Shown here one piece after another: positions 1-9,737 of a stretch of 64,000 nt of DNA. Every line of letters starts with the position of its first letter. Position 1 is the stretch's first letter. This stretch comes from Candidatus Multivorans sp. (GTDB taxonomy: Bacteria; Acidobacteriota; Thermoanaerobaculia; Multivoradales; Multivoraceae). The stretch lies in NCBI GenBank assembly GCA_965205095.1, contig OZ242040.1:1607787-1671786 (forward strand), written 5' to 3'. The translations under genes and the position numbers were made by a program. The notes below the pieces were generated by a model. That model saw only the letters and a list, made by a program, of their open reading frames with translations, did not search any database and was not told where the DNA came from.

Positions 1-977
1 GCGGACCGCTCACGCTGCGCCGCGTAGGCCTCCTGCCAGGGCGCGAGACGTCGCAGTTCCGCGAGGACCTCGCCTGCCAGCCACGCATCGGCGGCAGCGG
101 CCCCGTCGGCCCCGGCAGCACCGGCAGCACCGGCAGCACCGGCAGCACCGGCAGCACCGAACGAGACTGGACACGACCAGCCGCCGTCGTCGTCATCGTC
201 AACAGCAGGCGCGTCGTCTGGAAAGTCCTCCAGGACGACCGGACCGTCCCGGCGCTCCAGCAACCCGAGCGCCGCCCGCAGGACGCGGCGCTGGAAGTCC
301 GGCTCGTGAGGCGCGCCGAACGGCCGTCCCAGCTCGAACGGCACCCACAGGAACCTGGGCAGCTCCATCCGCTCCGTGTTGACCCGCACCAGGCTGATGC
401 CCGTCGTCGCGATGCCTTCATCTTCCAGGAAGTGACTTACCGCGCCCACGGCGCGGGTGCAGTTCGGTCACACGGGGCAGAGGCAGACCGCCTCCACCTC
501 GTCCTCCCTGAGCCGCGCGGCGAGCTCACGCACCGTCGGTTCGATCGCCTCGGGCGGCCAACCCGCGCCCATCAGCGAGTAGTGGAAGTCGGCCACCGAG
601 CCGATGGCCCCTTCGCTCTCCAGCTCGCGCAGGCGATCCAGCGGGAACACGACGTTCACGTCCTCGCGAAAGCCGGTCCGGTCGAAGTGAACGGACGAGT
701 GCGTCATCGTCAGGTCGCTGGTCGAGATGGAGCCCGGGATCACCCGGTAGCTCAGATCGACCGTCGAGAAGGCCCGGTCGCCCACCCGGTGCAGGCCGGC
801 CGAAGTCACCAGCGCCACGCGCCGCTCCGCCAGCGGCGGACCATCGACCCACGGCCGCGTCGCGAACGGCACGCACTCCTTCGCCACCACGTGGGCGGCT
901 TCGACTTCGGGCATGTCGGACAAACGGACCATCGCGTCTCGGACTGCCCCGCCGCCGGACGCCCGCGGGGCTGACAC
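1..977 (-). CDS. Selenoprotein B of the glycine/betaine/sarcosine/D-proline reductase family (GrdB/PrdB-like). Partial: the frame reads through an in-frame TGA at 468-470 and runs off the window start.
   Basis: The ORF-track piece 468-977 ends ...EVEAVCLCPV at a TGA. The same frame continues without stops to position 1 (PNCTRAVGAVSHFLEDEGIATTGISLV...). The segment VEAVCLCPV-U-PNCTRAV aligns with my recollection of the PrdB Sec region (VDAVVMTAG-U-GTCHRSAV, a UxxC motif). Upstream motifs (VALVTSAG..., FPLDRLRELESEGAIG) also fit the family. Confidence 0.75.
113..157 (-). repeat. 9-bp tandem repeat (GGCAGCACC, about 5 copies) encoding a (GAA)n linker inside the selenoprotein B gene
   Basis: Direct reading of positions 113-157. 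Confidence 0.8.
438..460 (-). promoter_or_regulatory. Putative bacterial SECIS hairpin about 11 nt 3' of the UGA (mRNA CCGCGCC-GUG-GGCGCGG, GC-rich stem with GU in the apical region)
   Basis: Perfect 7-nt inverted repeat seen directly in the sequence downstream of the in-frame TGA on the coding strand. Confidence 0.45.
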
Positions 978-1039
978 AATCTAGCGGCTCGGGGCTGCCG
1001 GCCGCGAGGGAACTGGATGCGCCGGCGTCCCCGCTGCTC

Positions 1040-1125
1040 TATAGGATCAAACTGGGTGCGCCGGCGCCCCCGCCGGCTGTGGCCGCGGGTCTTCTGACCC
1101 GCGGAAGACAACGCGCCGCGAAGCG
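1040..1125. repeat. GC-rich REP/MITE-like element (type B core CTGGGTGCGCCGGCGCCCCCGCCGGC) in the intergenic region between the selenoprotein gene and gabD
   Basis: The same core recurs at about 8400-8480, 10140-10235, 10680-10765, 12725-12800 and 60525-60560. Confidence 0.6.
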
Positions 1126-1159
1126 GCGACCATTTCGGCCAACCGACAGGAAGTGACCC

Positions 1160-2662
1160 ATGAGCATCGCCGCCTCCGAACCCACCAGCGTCCCCACGTC
1201 CCTTCCCGACCTGGACGACCCCGGTCTGCTTCAAGCCCAGGCCTACATCGACGGCCAGTGGGTCGATGCGGACTCCGGCGAGACCTTCGCCGTCGAGAAC
1301 CCGGCCAACGGCGAACTCCTTGCCGAGGTCGCCTGCTGCGGCGGCGCCGAAACGAAGCGCGCCATCGAGGCTGCCGCAAAGGCCTACGAGCAGTGGCGGC
1401 ACACCACGGCCAAGGAGCGCGCCGCGCTGCTGCGGCGCTGGTTCGACCTGATCATGGAGAGCCAGGAAGACCTGGCCCGGATGATGACGGCGGAACAGGG
1501 CAAGCCCCTCTTCGAGGCCCGCGGGGAGATCGCCTACGGCGCCAGCTACGTCGAGTGGTTCGCCGAAGAGGCCAAGCGGATCTACGGCGACACGATCCCC
1601 CAGCCTTCCAACGACAAGCGCGTCGTCTGCATCAAGCAGCCCGTGGGAGTGGTGGCCTGCATCACGCCCTGGAACTTCCCCAACGCGATGCTCGCACGCA
1701 AGATCGCACCGGCCCTCGCCGCCGGCTGCACGGTGGTCTGCAAGCCGGCCAACGAGACGCCGCTGTCAGCCAATGCGCTGGCCGAGCTGGCGGAGCGGGC
1801 GGGGATCCCGGCCGGCGTGATCAACATCCTCTGCGGCCAGACCGAGGAGATCGGCAAGGAGCTGACGTCCAGCCCGACGGTCCGCAAGCTCACCTTCACC
1901 GGCTCGACCGCGGTGGGCAAGCTGCTCATGACCCAATGCGCGGGCACGATGAAGCGGATGTCGATGGAACTGGGCGGCAACGCGCCCTTCATCGTGTTCG
2001 ACGACGCCGACCTGGACGCGGCGGTCGCCGGCGCCATGATCTGCAAGTTCCGCAACGCGGGCCAGACCTGCGTCTGCGCCAACCGCATCCTGGTCCAGGA
2101 AGGCGTCTACGACGAGTTCGCAGAGAGACTCGCCGCGGCGGTGTCCGGGATCAAGATGGGCGACGGCACCGAGGACGGCGTCACGGTGGGCCCGCTGATC
2201 AGCACGGAGGCCGTCGCGAACGTGACGAGTCGCGTCACCGACGCGGTGGACCGCGGCGCCACGGTCGAGATCGGCGGCGGCCCGTCCGATCTCGGCGACT
2301 GCTTCGTCCAGCCCACGATCCTCACCGGCGTGACGGACGACATGCGCGTCTTCCGCGAAGAGATCTTCGGACCCATCGCGCCGCTCCTGAAGTTCAGCAC
2401 CGAAGAGGAAGCGATCGCCATGGCCAACGACACCGAGTTCGGCCTGGCCAGCTACTTCTACGCCCGCGACGTCGGCCGCATCTGGCGCGTCAGCGAGGCC
2501 CTCGAGTACGGCATCGTCGGCATCAACGAAGGCATCATCTCCAACGAAATGGCCCCCTTCGGCGGCATGAAGGAGTCCGGCCACGGCCGCGAAGGGTCGA
2601 AGTACGGGCTCGACGACTACCTCGAGATCAAGTACATGTGTATCGGGGGGATTGAGGGGTAG
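1160..2662 (+). CDS. gabD: Succinate-semialdehyde dehydrogenase [NAD(P)+]
   Basis: 500 aa. Aldehyde dehydrogenase motifs (VVCKPANETP, ELGGNAPFIVFDDADLD, FRNAGQTCVCANR) with close similarity to E. coli GabD across the catalytic region. Confidence 0.9.
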   Translation: MSIAASEPTSVPTSLPDLDDPGLLQAQAYIDGQWVDADSGETFAVENPANGELLAEVACCGGAETKRAIEAAAKAYEQWRHTTAKERAALLRRWFDLIMESQEDLARMMTAEQGKPLFEARGEIAYGASYVEWFAEEAKRIYGDTIPQPSNDKRVVCIKQPVGVVACITPWNFPNAMLARKIAPALAAGCTVVCKPANETPLSANALAELAERAGIPAGVINILCGQTEEIGKELTSSPTVRKLTFTGSTAVGKLLMTQCAGTMKRMSMELGGNAPFIVFDDADLDAAVAGAMICKFRNAGQTCVCANRILVQEGVYDEFAERLAAAVSGIKMGDGTEDGVTVGPLISTEAVANVTSRVTDAVDRGATVEIGGGPSDLGDCFVQPTILTGVTDDMRVFREEIFGPIAPLLKFSTEEEAIAMANDTEFGLASYFYARDVGRIWRVSEALEYGIVGINEGIISNEMAPFGGMKESGHGREGSKYGLDDYLEIKYMCIGGIEG

Positions 2663-2669
2663 GGGCAAG

Positions 2670-2955
2670 GTCGCCGGCCTGCGGCCGGCGGCTGTTTATT
2701 GGCGGGCTTCGCCGCTCCGCGGCTGCGCCCGAAGCGGACCAGAAGGTCCGCGCACCCAGAGATACAGCCCGGTGTGGCTCGTTTCTCTACATGCGGATGA
2801 CATGGCGCCGCTCCGGGCGCAACCCAACTGCAGCAGAGCACTTCGCAGAACCCGACGCACGTTCTCTGGGTGCGCGGACCTTCTGGTCCGCTCGCCGCCG
2901 AAGGCGGCCAGAAACACGCGCCGGCCAAAGGCCGGCTCCGCCTTTCCACCTACCC
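2670..2955. repeat. Pair of inverted type-A REP-like units (GGACCAGAAGGTCCGCGCACCCAGAGA ... GTTCTCTGGGTGCGCGGACCTTCTGGTCCGC) with an internal GC-rich spacer
   Basis: Seen in the sequence. The same unit pairs occur at 11860-12080 and 61500-61690. Confidence 0.7.
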
Positions 2956-2963
2956 GCCGACCC

Positions 2964-4322
2964 TCAAGCCGCCTCCCGCGAACCGCTCACGAGCCCTGCC
3001 AAATCGCGGACGTCCTCCACCACGTCCAACCGCAGCGACACCTCCCGCAACCGCTCACTCGCCTCCGCGCCAAGCAACGGCGCCGTCAGCCCGGTCATCT
3101 TCGCGGCCAGCTTCGCCCCCTGCGCTTCGAGATCCGTCGCCGGAATCCCCGTGTCGTGGAACTCCTCGAGCGAATGCCCGTTCGCCCGCAACTCGACCCG
3201 CGCCTGCGTGTGGCCAAGCCCGCGATCGGTCCGCACCTCGACCCTGTCGATCATCCGCCCAACGTCCGGGTTCTCAAGCGTCTCGTCGACAAAGGTGCCG
3301 GTATCCGTCGTGTCGATCCCCAGCATCGCCAGCGACGTCGTCGCGACCAGACTGAACTTCGCCTCCAGCCCCGTCTTCGGTTCCGGGATGCCGCAAACGT
3401 CGAGCAAGCCCGGATGCACTGTGACGACCGCCTTCTCGACGTCCCCCGCCGCGACCCCCTCGGCCGCCAATCGCGGCCGCAGCCGACCCACCGACTCGAT
3501 CGCCGCATGCGTCAGGTAGCAGGCAGCGTGGTACTTGAACAGCGTGTCCTCGATTAGGAAGCGCCCGTCCTGCTCCTCGAGCCGCTGCCAGTTGACCTGT
3601 TCGTGGCCTGAAGCCGCCGCATCGGCATAGCCCTGCCGCCCGTCGACGGCCTCGGGGTTCGAGGTGAAGCCCCGCATCGCCAGCCGTGCCGACAGCAAGC
3701 CGCGCTCGGCGGCGTGCCCGGCATGAAACGGCTTCGTCATCGTGCCGAAGTTCGCCTTGAGACCGCTGGCCTGGGACGCCGCCAGGCCAAGCGCGTGCGC
3801 GAACTGCTCGTTGCTCGCGCCCATCAGGTGGCACGCCGCGGCCGCGGCGCCGTGGACGCCAATCGTCGACGTCGAGTGCCAGCCCTTCTTGTAGGGAGCG
3901 CCTCCGATGAGCGCACCGACCCGCGACTCCACCTCGATGCCGACCACGAACGCGACCAGCAGTCGCTCGCCGCTCGCACCCATCTCCTGGGCCTGCGCCA
4001 GCGCAGCCGGGAACACCGGCACCGTCGGATGCCCGCCCATCATGCTGTGCGTGTCGTCGAAATCGAGCGCGTGGCCGGCCGCGCCGTTGACGAGCGCCGC
4101 GACGCCGGGCGCGCAGTGCAACTCCGTGCCCACGATGGAGCACGGCCCGCTCTGGCCACCCAGCTCGTCGCGCAGGATCCCGGACAACGGCTCGCGGCTA
4201 CCGACCAGCGCGCAGCCGAACCAGTCGAGCACGCACTGGCCCGCCACGGTACGGGCCGACTCGGGAATGTCGTCCAGGGTCAAGCGACCGAAACGGTCCC
4301 AGAGATGGTTGGCAAGTCTCAT
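2964..4322 (-). CDS. MmgE/PrdD family protein (2-methylcitrate dehydratase-like)
   Basis: 452 aa with the overall composition and motifs of the MmgE/PrdD family. Confidence 0.8.
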   Translation of the reverse strand: MRLANHLWDRFGRLTLDDIPESARTVAGQCVLDWFGCALVGSREPLSGILRDELGGQSGPCSIVGTELHCAPGVAALVNGAAGHALDFDDTHSMMGGHPTVPVFPAALAQAQEMGASGERLLVAFVVGIEVESRVGALIGGAPYKKGWHSTSTIGVHGAAAAACHLMGASNEQFAHALGLAASQASGLKANFGTMTKPFHAGHAAERGLLSARLAMRGFTSNPEAVDGRQGYADAAASGHEQVNWQRLEEQDGRFLIEDTLFKYHAACYLTHAAIESVGRLRPRLAAEGVAAGDVEKAVVTVHPGLLDVCGIPEPKTGLEAKFSLVATTSLAMLGIDTTDTGTFVDETLENPDVGRMIDRVEVRTDRGLGHTQARVELRANGHSLEEFHDTGIPATDLEAQGAKLAAKMTGLTAPLLGAEASERLREVSLRLDVVEDVRDLAGLVSGSREAA

Positions 4323-4430
4323 CGTGTTTTCTCCACTTTCCGGCCTCCCCGCAGCCTCCGGATGCCGGCGAGAACCGGCGCTGCGCCTCCGAAGTGTAGG
4401 TCACCGGCAATTCACGGTGGGATCGGCCGA

Positions 4431-5642
4431 TCACAAGAGTTGCGACAGCAACGTTCGCACCGGGACGATCAAGGGCCTTCCCGGCTCCTCGAAGCAGCTC
4501 CGGTCGACGTAGTCAGCCGAGACGGAAACCTGGAAGGCGAAGGGCGCCCGCAGACGGTCCTGGTAGTAGCGGAGGTGAGGGCTCAGCGAGTCGCCGCCGT
4601 GCTTGACTTCGACAAGGATCCAGGGCTCGCCATCCCGCACGACGATCAGGTCGACTTCGCGCTTCTCCTTGTCTCGCAAGTAGGCGAGTTCGAAGTCGCC
4701 CAAGCCGAGATCGTTCCAGCCGTCGACGGCCTTGGCGAGGTGGCAGGCAACGAAGGTCTCGGCGCGCTGGCCAGGGTCCTCGACGCCCGACCAGTCCCGC
4801 AGGTACCACTTGGGCTCCTTGCGCAGCGACCGAGAGAGGTTGCGAAACCAGGGGCGCACCAGGAAACCCAGGTGAAGGTCAGCGAGCGTGGCGACCCAGC
4901 GGCGCACGGTGTCGGCCGCCACCCGGACCTGCCTGGCGAGATTGTCGTAGACGATCTGCTGTCCAGAGCGGTCGGAGAGCAGACGCACCAGGACCTCCAA
5001 CTGGTCCAGTTGCTGGATTCGGGTCAGGTCTCGCACCTCCTCGCGGACCAGTTGCGCGAACCGGAGAGTCCGCCAGCGACGGGTGAAGCGGATGTCGCGC
5101 CTCAGGTACGGCTCGGGAAAACCGCCGTGCTGCCAGAGCGCCTCGAAGTCGCCGTCGTCAATCTCCCGGGGCGAACCGGGGAGGCCAGGCGGCTCGGCCA
5201 GATCACGCGGCGCAACCTCAGCCACCGAAAAGGGGTGCATCCGGTAGAGGAAGTAGCGCCCCATCAGGCTGTCGCCACCGCGCCGGTAGACATCCAGCCG
5301 ACTGCTGCCAGTGACCAGAATCTTCATCCGGTCCCCGTAGCTGTCGAAGAGCCCCTTGAGGAAGGACTTCCAGCGCGCGAACTTGTGCAGCTCGTCGAAC
5401 AGCACGACGGGCGGAGTCTCGGACAAGCGGTCCAGCTCCAACGCCTCGACAACTCGCCGGGGACCGGCGAGCACGAGTTCCCGATGGTCGAGATCGTCCC
5501 AGTTGAGGGTTGCATCGGCCCTGGCGCGACAGGTGGTCGTCTTGCCGACTTGCCGCGGGCCGCTGACGAAGGCCATCTGCCGATTCCGGCCGAGATGCTC
5601 CCTCAGGATCGGGTCATAGATGCGCGGTGATTCCGAGTCCAC
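4431..5642 (-). CDS. AAA+ ATPase with a C-terminal DUF4143-type domain
   Basis: Walker A GPRQVGKTT, Walker B VVLFDELH, then a conserved DUF4143-like C-terminal region. Confidence 0.75.
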   Translation of the reverse strand: MDSESPRIYDPILREHLGRNRQMAFVSGPRQVGKTTTCRARADATLNWDDLDHRELVLAGPRRVVEALELDRLSETPPVVLFDELHKFARWKSFLKGLFDSYGDRMKILVTGSSRLDVYRRGGDSLMGRYFLYRMHPFSVAEVAPRDLAEPPGLPGSPREIDDGDFEALWQHGGFPEPYLRRDIRFTRRWRTLRFAQLVREEVRDLTRIQQLDQLEVLVRLLSDRSGQQIVYDNLARQVRVAADTVRRWVATLADLHLGFLVRPWFRNLSRSLRKEPKWYLRDWSGVEDPGQRAETFVACHLAKAVDGWNDLGLGDFELAYLRDKEKREVDLIVVRDGEPWILVEVKHGGDSLSPHLRYYQDRLRAPFAFQVSVSADYVDRSCFEEPGRPLIVPVRTLLSQLL

Positions 5643-5713
5643 GCGACCATTCTTCCCACTATCGTGGAATAGTCAAGACCATTCCACGACAACCCTCTGA
5701 ATGGTCGCGCCCC

Positions 5714-6907
5714 TCAGCTCCTCCTCGACGGCTTCCCCAGCAACGCGTCCGACACGATCTTCAGCATGATCTCCGACGTCCCCTCGAAGATCTTCGTCAA
5801 GCGCGCGTCGCGCCAGTAACGCTCCACCGGGTAGTCCGTCGTGTAGCCCGCGCCGGCCAGCACCTGCAGCGCGTCGGAGCACACCCGCTCCGACATCTCG
5901 GCGGCGAAGTACTTCACCATCGCCGCTTCCTTTGCGCACGACACGCCGGTGTCGATCTTCGCGCACACCGAGTAGTTCAACTGGCGCGCCGCCTCGACCT
6001 CGGCCGCCATGTTCGCGATCTTGAAGCGAATCGCCTGGAAGTCCGCGATCGGCCGCCGGAACTGGATGCGCTCCTTCGAGTAGGCGATTGCCTGTTCCAG
6101 CGCGCCCTGGGCAAGGCCGATCGACCGGGCCGCGGTGTGCGCCCGCGCCGACTGCAGGCCGCGCGTCATGCCGTAGAACGCCTGACCCTTGGCCTCCTTC
6201 TGGCGCTTCGTGATCGGCACGCGGACGTTGTCGAAGTGGAGCTCCCACGTCTTCCAGCCGTGGTAGCCGATCTTCGGGATCGGCGAGCCCGTGACGCCCT
6301 CCGGCAGCTCGCCGGGCGGCTTCTCGATCCCGATGCCGGTGAGCGCCGCGTGGCGCTTCGACGGATCGCCCTCCGTCCGCGCGATGACCTGGATGAAGTT
6401 CGCGCCGTCGGCGAAGGTGCACCAGTACTTGTTGCCGGTGATCACCCAGTGGTCGTCCTCCATCCGCGCCCGGCAGGTGATCGACGAGATGTCCGACCCG
6501 ACCTCCGGCTCCGACATCGCCAGCGCGCCGAGGTACTTGCCCTCGGCCATCAGCCTGATCCGCTTCAGGCGCTCCTCGCCCTCGAACGGGATCGAGCGGT
6601 AGAACCCGTTGCCGCGAGCGATGATGCTCGCGACGCTCATCCAGCCCCGCGCCAGTTCCTCGGCGACCAGGCAGTACTCGAACGCCCCCAGCCCGGCGCC
6701 GCCGTACTCCTCCGGGATCACGATGCCGAAGAAGCCCAGTTCGCCCATCTTGTCGATCAACGACTGCGGGATCGTCTCCTTCTTCGGGTCCAGCTCGTTC
6801 GCGACCGGGAGGACCTCCTTGTCCGTGAAGTCCCGGGCGATCCGGCGGAGCATCTCGCGCTCTGGCGTCATGTAGCCGACGGTCCGGGTTGATGTGATGT
6901 CGTTCAT
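5714..6907 (-). CDS. Acyl-CoA dehydrogenase
   Basis: 397 aa. ACAD motifs (GSDISS, YWCTFADGA) and a C-terminal catalytic-base region (IFEGTSEI). Confidence 0.9.
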   Translation of the reverse strand: MNDITSTRTVGYMTPEREMLRRIARDFTDKEVLPVANELDPKKETIPQSLIDKMGELGFFGIVIPEEYGGAGLGAFEYCLVAEELARGWMSVASIIARGNGFYRSIPFEGEERLKRIRLMAEGKYLGALAMSEPEVGSDISSITCRARMEDDHWVITGNKYWCTFADGANFIQVIARTEGDPSKRHAALTGIGIEKPPGELPEGVTGSPIPKIGYHGWKTWELHFDNVRVPITKRQKEAKGQAFYGMTRGLQSARAHTAARSIGLAQGALEQAIAYSKERIQFRRPIADFQAIRFKIANMAAEVEAARQLNYSVCAKIDTGVSCAKEAAMVKYFAAEMSERVCSDALQVLAGAGYTTDYPVERYWRDARLTKIFEGTSEIMLKIVSDALLGKPSRRS

Positions 6908-7007
6908 GGCGTGGTCAATCGGGATTCGTTGGCGCTAGACCTGAGAGCCGGGGAGCCTAGCTGACAGCGATTCCGGCTGGCGGTTCGCGACATCGCCGCG
7001 ATGCCCG

Positions 7008-7412
7008 TCAGAACAACCGCGCTAGCGCCTCTCCCGGAGTCACTGCAGGAATCGGCGACCGCCGGAAGTCTCTGACATTTCTCGTAACGATGTGCTGTGC
7101 CCCGCACGCTTGCGCGGCGGCAACCTGCATCGCATCTTCGAAGTCTCTCATCGGCAACGAAATCGCGTAGCGGAGAGCCGCCGTATCCACGGGCGCTACC
7201 GCCACGAAGCGCACCAACTCGTCGATGAAGTCTCGAGCATCCGCGTCCCCACGTTCGGAAGTCACGAGGTAGTAGAAGTTCGAGAGCGTGTGCCATGCGA
7301 CGTGCGCTCGAAGCGGACCACGCTCGACCCGCTCAAGGAACTCGGCGGACGGTCCCGAGTGCGGGTGCCGGTCAAGAGCGATGTCAACCAGGACATCCGT
7401 GTCCAGCAGCAT
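7008..7412 (-). CDS. vapC: PIN-domain toxin VapC
   Basis: 134 aa. Begins MLLDTDVLVD (PIN acidic residues). The stop/start overlaps the upstream antitoxin. Confidence 0.8.
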   Translation of the reverse strand: MLLDTDVLVDIALDRHPHSGPSAEFLERVERGPLRAHVAWHTLSNFYYLVTSERGDADARDFIDELVRFVAVAPVDTAALRYAISLPMRDFEDAMQVAAAQACGAQHIVTRNVRDFRRSPIPAVTPGEALARLF

Positions 7413-7633
7413 CAGAGGTACTTGCGCGCAAGCGCCTTGTACCGGCCGTCGGCCCGTCGGGCCGGCTTGAACCGGCCCCGCCAGCGAGACGCGAACGAGG
7501 GGACGTTGTCGCCCGCCATCTCTCTCAGCGACGCCTCGATCAGCGACGACAACGAGACGCCGCGAGCTTGGGCGTACTGCTTGGCTCTAGGCACCAACTC
7601 ACTATCCACGGTGATTGTCAGTTTGCTCTTCAT
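7412..7633 (-). CDS. Ribbon-helix-helix type antitoxin (VapB-like). Start taken at the internal Met (MKSKLTITVD...).
   Basis: KLTITVDSEL...RGVSLSSLIEASLRE is a typical RHH antitoxin. It overlaps vapC. Confidence 0.7.
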   Translation of the reverse strand: MKSKLTITVDSELVPRAKQYAQARGVSLSSLIEASLREMAGDNVPSFASRWRGRFKPARRADGRYKALARKYL

Positions 7634-7945
7634 GGTCTCCCGTCCGATGGGCGAACACGTATGCTGCGTATCGTATACGTGTAAACGCCGAGCGGCAACC
7701 GAGCGGAGTTGTGACAAGCTGCGAAGTGCAGTGTCACCGCCGAAACCGCCCAAGCCAACAAAGCGCGAGAAGCGCTTGGAAGCGCTGGCGCTGCTCAAGA
7801 TCCTCGAGCTAGGCGACCGCCAGATCGAAGCCGGTAAGGTCCAGCCAGCGGCCGATGTGTTCGCGCGGCTCCGAAAGCGCTACCAAGCAGACTGAGTGCG
7901 TGAGACTCTGCCCAACGGCACGAAGCGCCTGTCATCGGCGCCGTT

Positions 7946-8380
7946 TCAAACGCCGTAGCTCCTGATCTCCTCGGGAACAATCGTCAGCACACGCAGTTCC
8001 GCAGCCGCTCGGCGCCACACGTCGACCACCTCCGCGTGCGCCTTCGCGACCGCCGGGTCCTCATCGACCCAGTAGCGTGCGGCCAGCCGTTCCATGAGCG
8101 GCACGACCCCTTCCTGGGTGATCGACACAACACCGTCAACCGCGACCCACGCCTCCGGTTCGCCGACTTCCCTGGCCACCAGAAGCGACGCCCTGGGATC
8201 GTTCTCGAGCCGGGCGATCTTCTTGTGCGAGGCGAGGCTGAACATCCGGATCCGCTCGCCGTCCCACTCGAACCAGACGGGCACGCCGTTCGGTGCCCCG
8301 TCAAGGTCGTTCGTGCATAGGACGCCGATCCGGGTTTCCCTCAGGAACTCGTCGATCTCGGATCGGGACATGTCCGGCAT
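7946..8380 (-). CDS. Pyridoxamine 5'-phosphate oxidase family / PPOX class F420-dependent protein
   Basis: 144 aa with split-barrel PNPOx-like motifs (TRIGVLCT, VWFEWDGERI). Confidence 0.75.
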   Translation of the reverse strand: MPDMSRSEIDEFLRETRIGVLCTNDLDGAPNGVPVWFEWDGERIRMFSLASHKKIARLENDPRASLLVAREVGEPEAWVAVDGVVSITQEGVVPLMERLAARYWVDEDPAVAKAHAEVVDVWRRAAAELRVLTIVPEEIRSYGV

Positions 8381-8399
8381 TGTGCTCCTCCTCGTCGTC

Positions 8400-8480
8400 G
8401 TAGCGGAAGCCGGCCTTCAGGCCGGCGCGTCTCTCTGGCCGCCTTCGGCGGCAGCCGGCGGGGACGCCGGCGCACCCAGT
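8400..8480. repeat. REP-like element, type B
   Basis: ...GGCAGCCGGCGGGGACGCCGGCGCACCCAG. Confidence 0.6.
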
Positions 8481-8490
8481 CCGGAGCGCC

Positions 8491-9393
8491 TCACCAACGG
8501 CCGGCGGCAGCCGGCGAAAAGGCCGGCGACCCCAGCCGCGTCTGATCGCCGACAATCTCCGCCAGCACCGGCTCGACGTACCCGTAGAACCGCTCCGGGT
8601 CCTCCGACATCGGGAAGTGGCCCAACCCCTTCATCGTCCGGTACGTCGCGCCCTTGATCTGGCCGGCAACTTCCTTGGACGCCTCCGGCGGCGTCGCGGC
8701 GTCGTACTCGCCGGTCAGCAGGAAGACCCGCGTCTGCGAGGTGTCGATCTCCGAAGCCCGGTCGCCCAGGTCGTGGTCGGTGCCCCAGTAGAAGAGGTCG
8801 CCCCGGAACACCCGCGGCGCGCCCTGGCTGTAGCACCAGCCGACTTCGCGGCGGTAGGCCTCGGGCGCCTTCGGTGAGGTGATCCCGATCATCAGGTCGC
8901 TCTTGTAGCCGTTGTTGATCTCGGGGTGGTCGAGCAGGTCGATGTTGCCGGGGTCCGACTTGATCGCCGCCTCCAGCCCGATGACGGCCTGGAACAGGCC
9001 CGGGCGGTGCAGCGCCAGGTCGAGGGCCAGGTGGCCGCCGATCGAGCTGCCCATGTAGACCGGGTCTTCGAGCTGGAGTTCGCCGACGAAGCCGGCGACG
9101 AAGTCGAGCAGGAAGCTCTTGGTCAGCCGGTACTCCTGCTTCCACCACTCGACGCCCGTGGGCGGCACGGACTTGGCGTGGTAGGGCAGGTCGTAGGCCA
9201 GCACGTGGAAGTGCCGGCCGATCCGTTCGTCCTCCAACTGGTGGCGCCACTGGCGGCCGTCGGAGCCGGCGGTGTGCTGCAGGACCAGCGGAATGCCGTC
9301 CGGGTTGCCCGCCGACTCGAAGTAGACCTCGTAGCCGACGCCCTGGACTTCGAGGTCCAGGTAGCGGCCGACGCGTTTCGCGAACGTGGGCAT
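8491..9393 (-). CDS. Alpha/beta hydrolase (start at internal Met MPTFAKRV...)
   Basis: GSSIGG nucleophile elbow and C-terminal GHFP. Overlaps the upstream gene by ATGA. Confidence 0.75.
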   Translation of the reverse strand: MPTFAKRVGRYLDLEVQGVGYEVYFESAGNPDGIPLVLQHTAGSDGRQWRHQLEDERIGRHFHVLAYDLPYHAKSVPPTGVEWWKQEYRLTKSFLLDFVAGFVGELQLEDPVYMGSSIGGHLALDLALHRPGLFQAVIGLEAAIKSDPGNIDLLDHPEINNGYKSDLMIGITSPKAPEAYRREVGWCYSQGAPRVFRGDLFYWGTDHDLGDRASEIDTSQTRVFLLTGEYDAATPPEASKEVAGQIKGATYRTMKGLGHFPMSEDPERFYGYVEPVLAEIVGDQTRLGSPAFSPAAAGRW

Positions 9394-9737
9394 CAGGCCG
9401 CCGCCCGCTGGTCGCCGAGGAGCATCCGCTTCACGTCGCCGTCCGTCTGCTGGCTCAGGATGAAGAGGTAGAGCGTCAGGAACGGCACGCCGAAGAAGAG
9501 AGCGACGACGGCGAGCAGGAGACCGCCCGGGGAGAAACCGTTGCGCCACGCGACCCACAGCCCCGACAGCGTGAGGAACCCCATGAAGTCGAGGTTGAAC
9601 TGGCCGTTCCAGGTCATCGCGGCGATGTCGCCGAAGAAGATCTGGAGCAGACCCAGGCCGTGCTCCATGGCGACGAACACCGTGTAGACGACGATCACGC
9701 CGAAGACGGCGCCGAGAAACAGGCGAAACGCGTTCAT
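9393..9737 (-). CDS. Small integral membrane protein (start at MNAFRLF...)
   Basis: Three or four hydrophobic segments. Translationally coupled (ATGA) on both sides. Confidence 0.5.
   Translation of the reverse strand: MNAFRLFLGAVFGVIVVYTVFVAMEHGLGLLQIFFGDIAAMTWNGQFNLDFMGFLTLSGLWVAWRNGFSPGGLLLAVVALFFGVPFLTLYLFILSQQTDGDVKRMLLGDQRAAA

Noticed and set aside
306-2668. Long overlapping ORFs in alternative frames or on the opposite strand of gabD and the selenoprotein gene (306-974+, 806-1402-, 1153-2655+, 1766-2668-)
   Set aside because: High-GC DNA yields long stop-free antisense and shifted frames. Their products are Arg/Pro/Gly-rich low-complexity sequences, whereas gabD and PrdB have strong family signatures.
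2617-2949. ORFs crossing REP-like elements with recurring peptides such as SGPEGPRTQRT and SLGARTFWSA (for example 2652-3557, 11683-12207, 58807-61722 N-terminal part, 61841-63838 N-terminal part)
   Set aside because: The shared peptides are encoded by the repeat elements themselves. The genuine genes start downstream, at signal-peptide-bearing starts.
3714-6892. ORFs 3714-5630 (+), 5627-6892 (+) and 5673-6422 (-) opposite the MmgE/PrdD, ATPase and acyl-CoA dehydrogenase genes
   Set aside because: They are antisense to well-supported genes, have RPGA-rich composition and no domain features.
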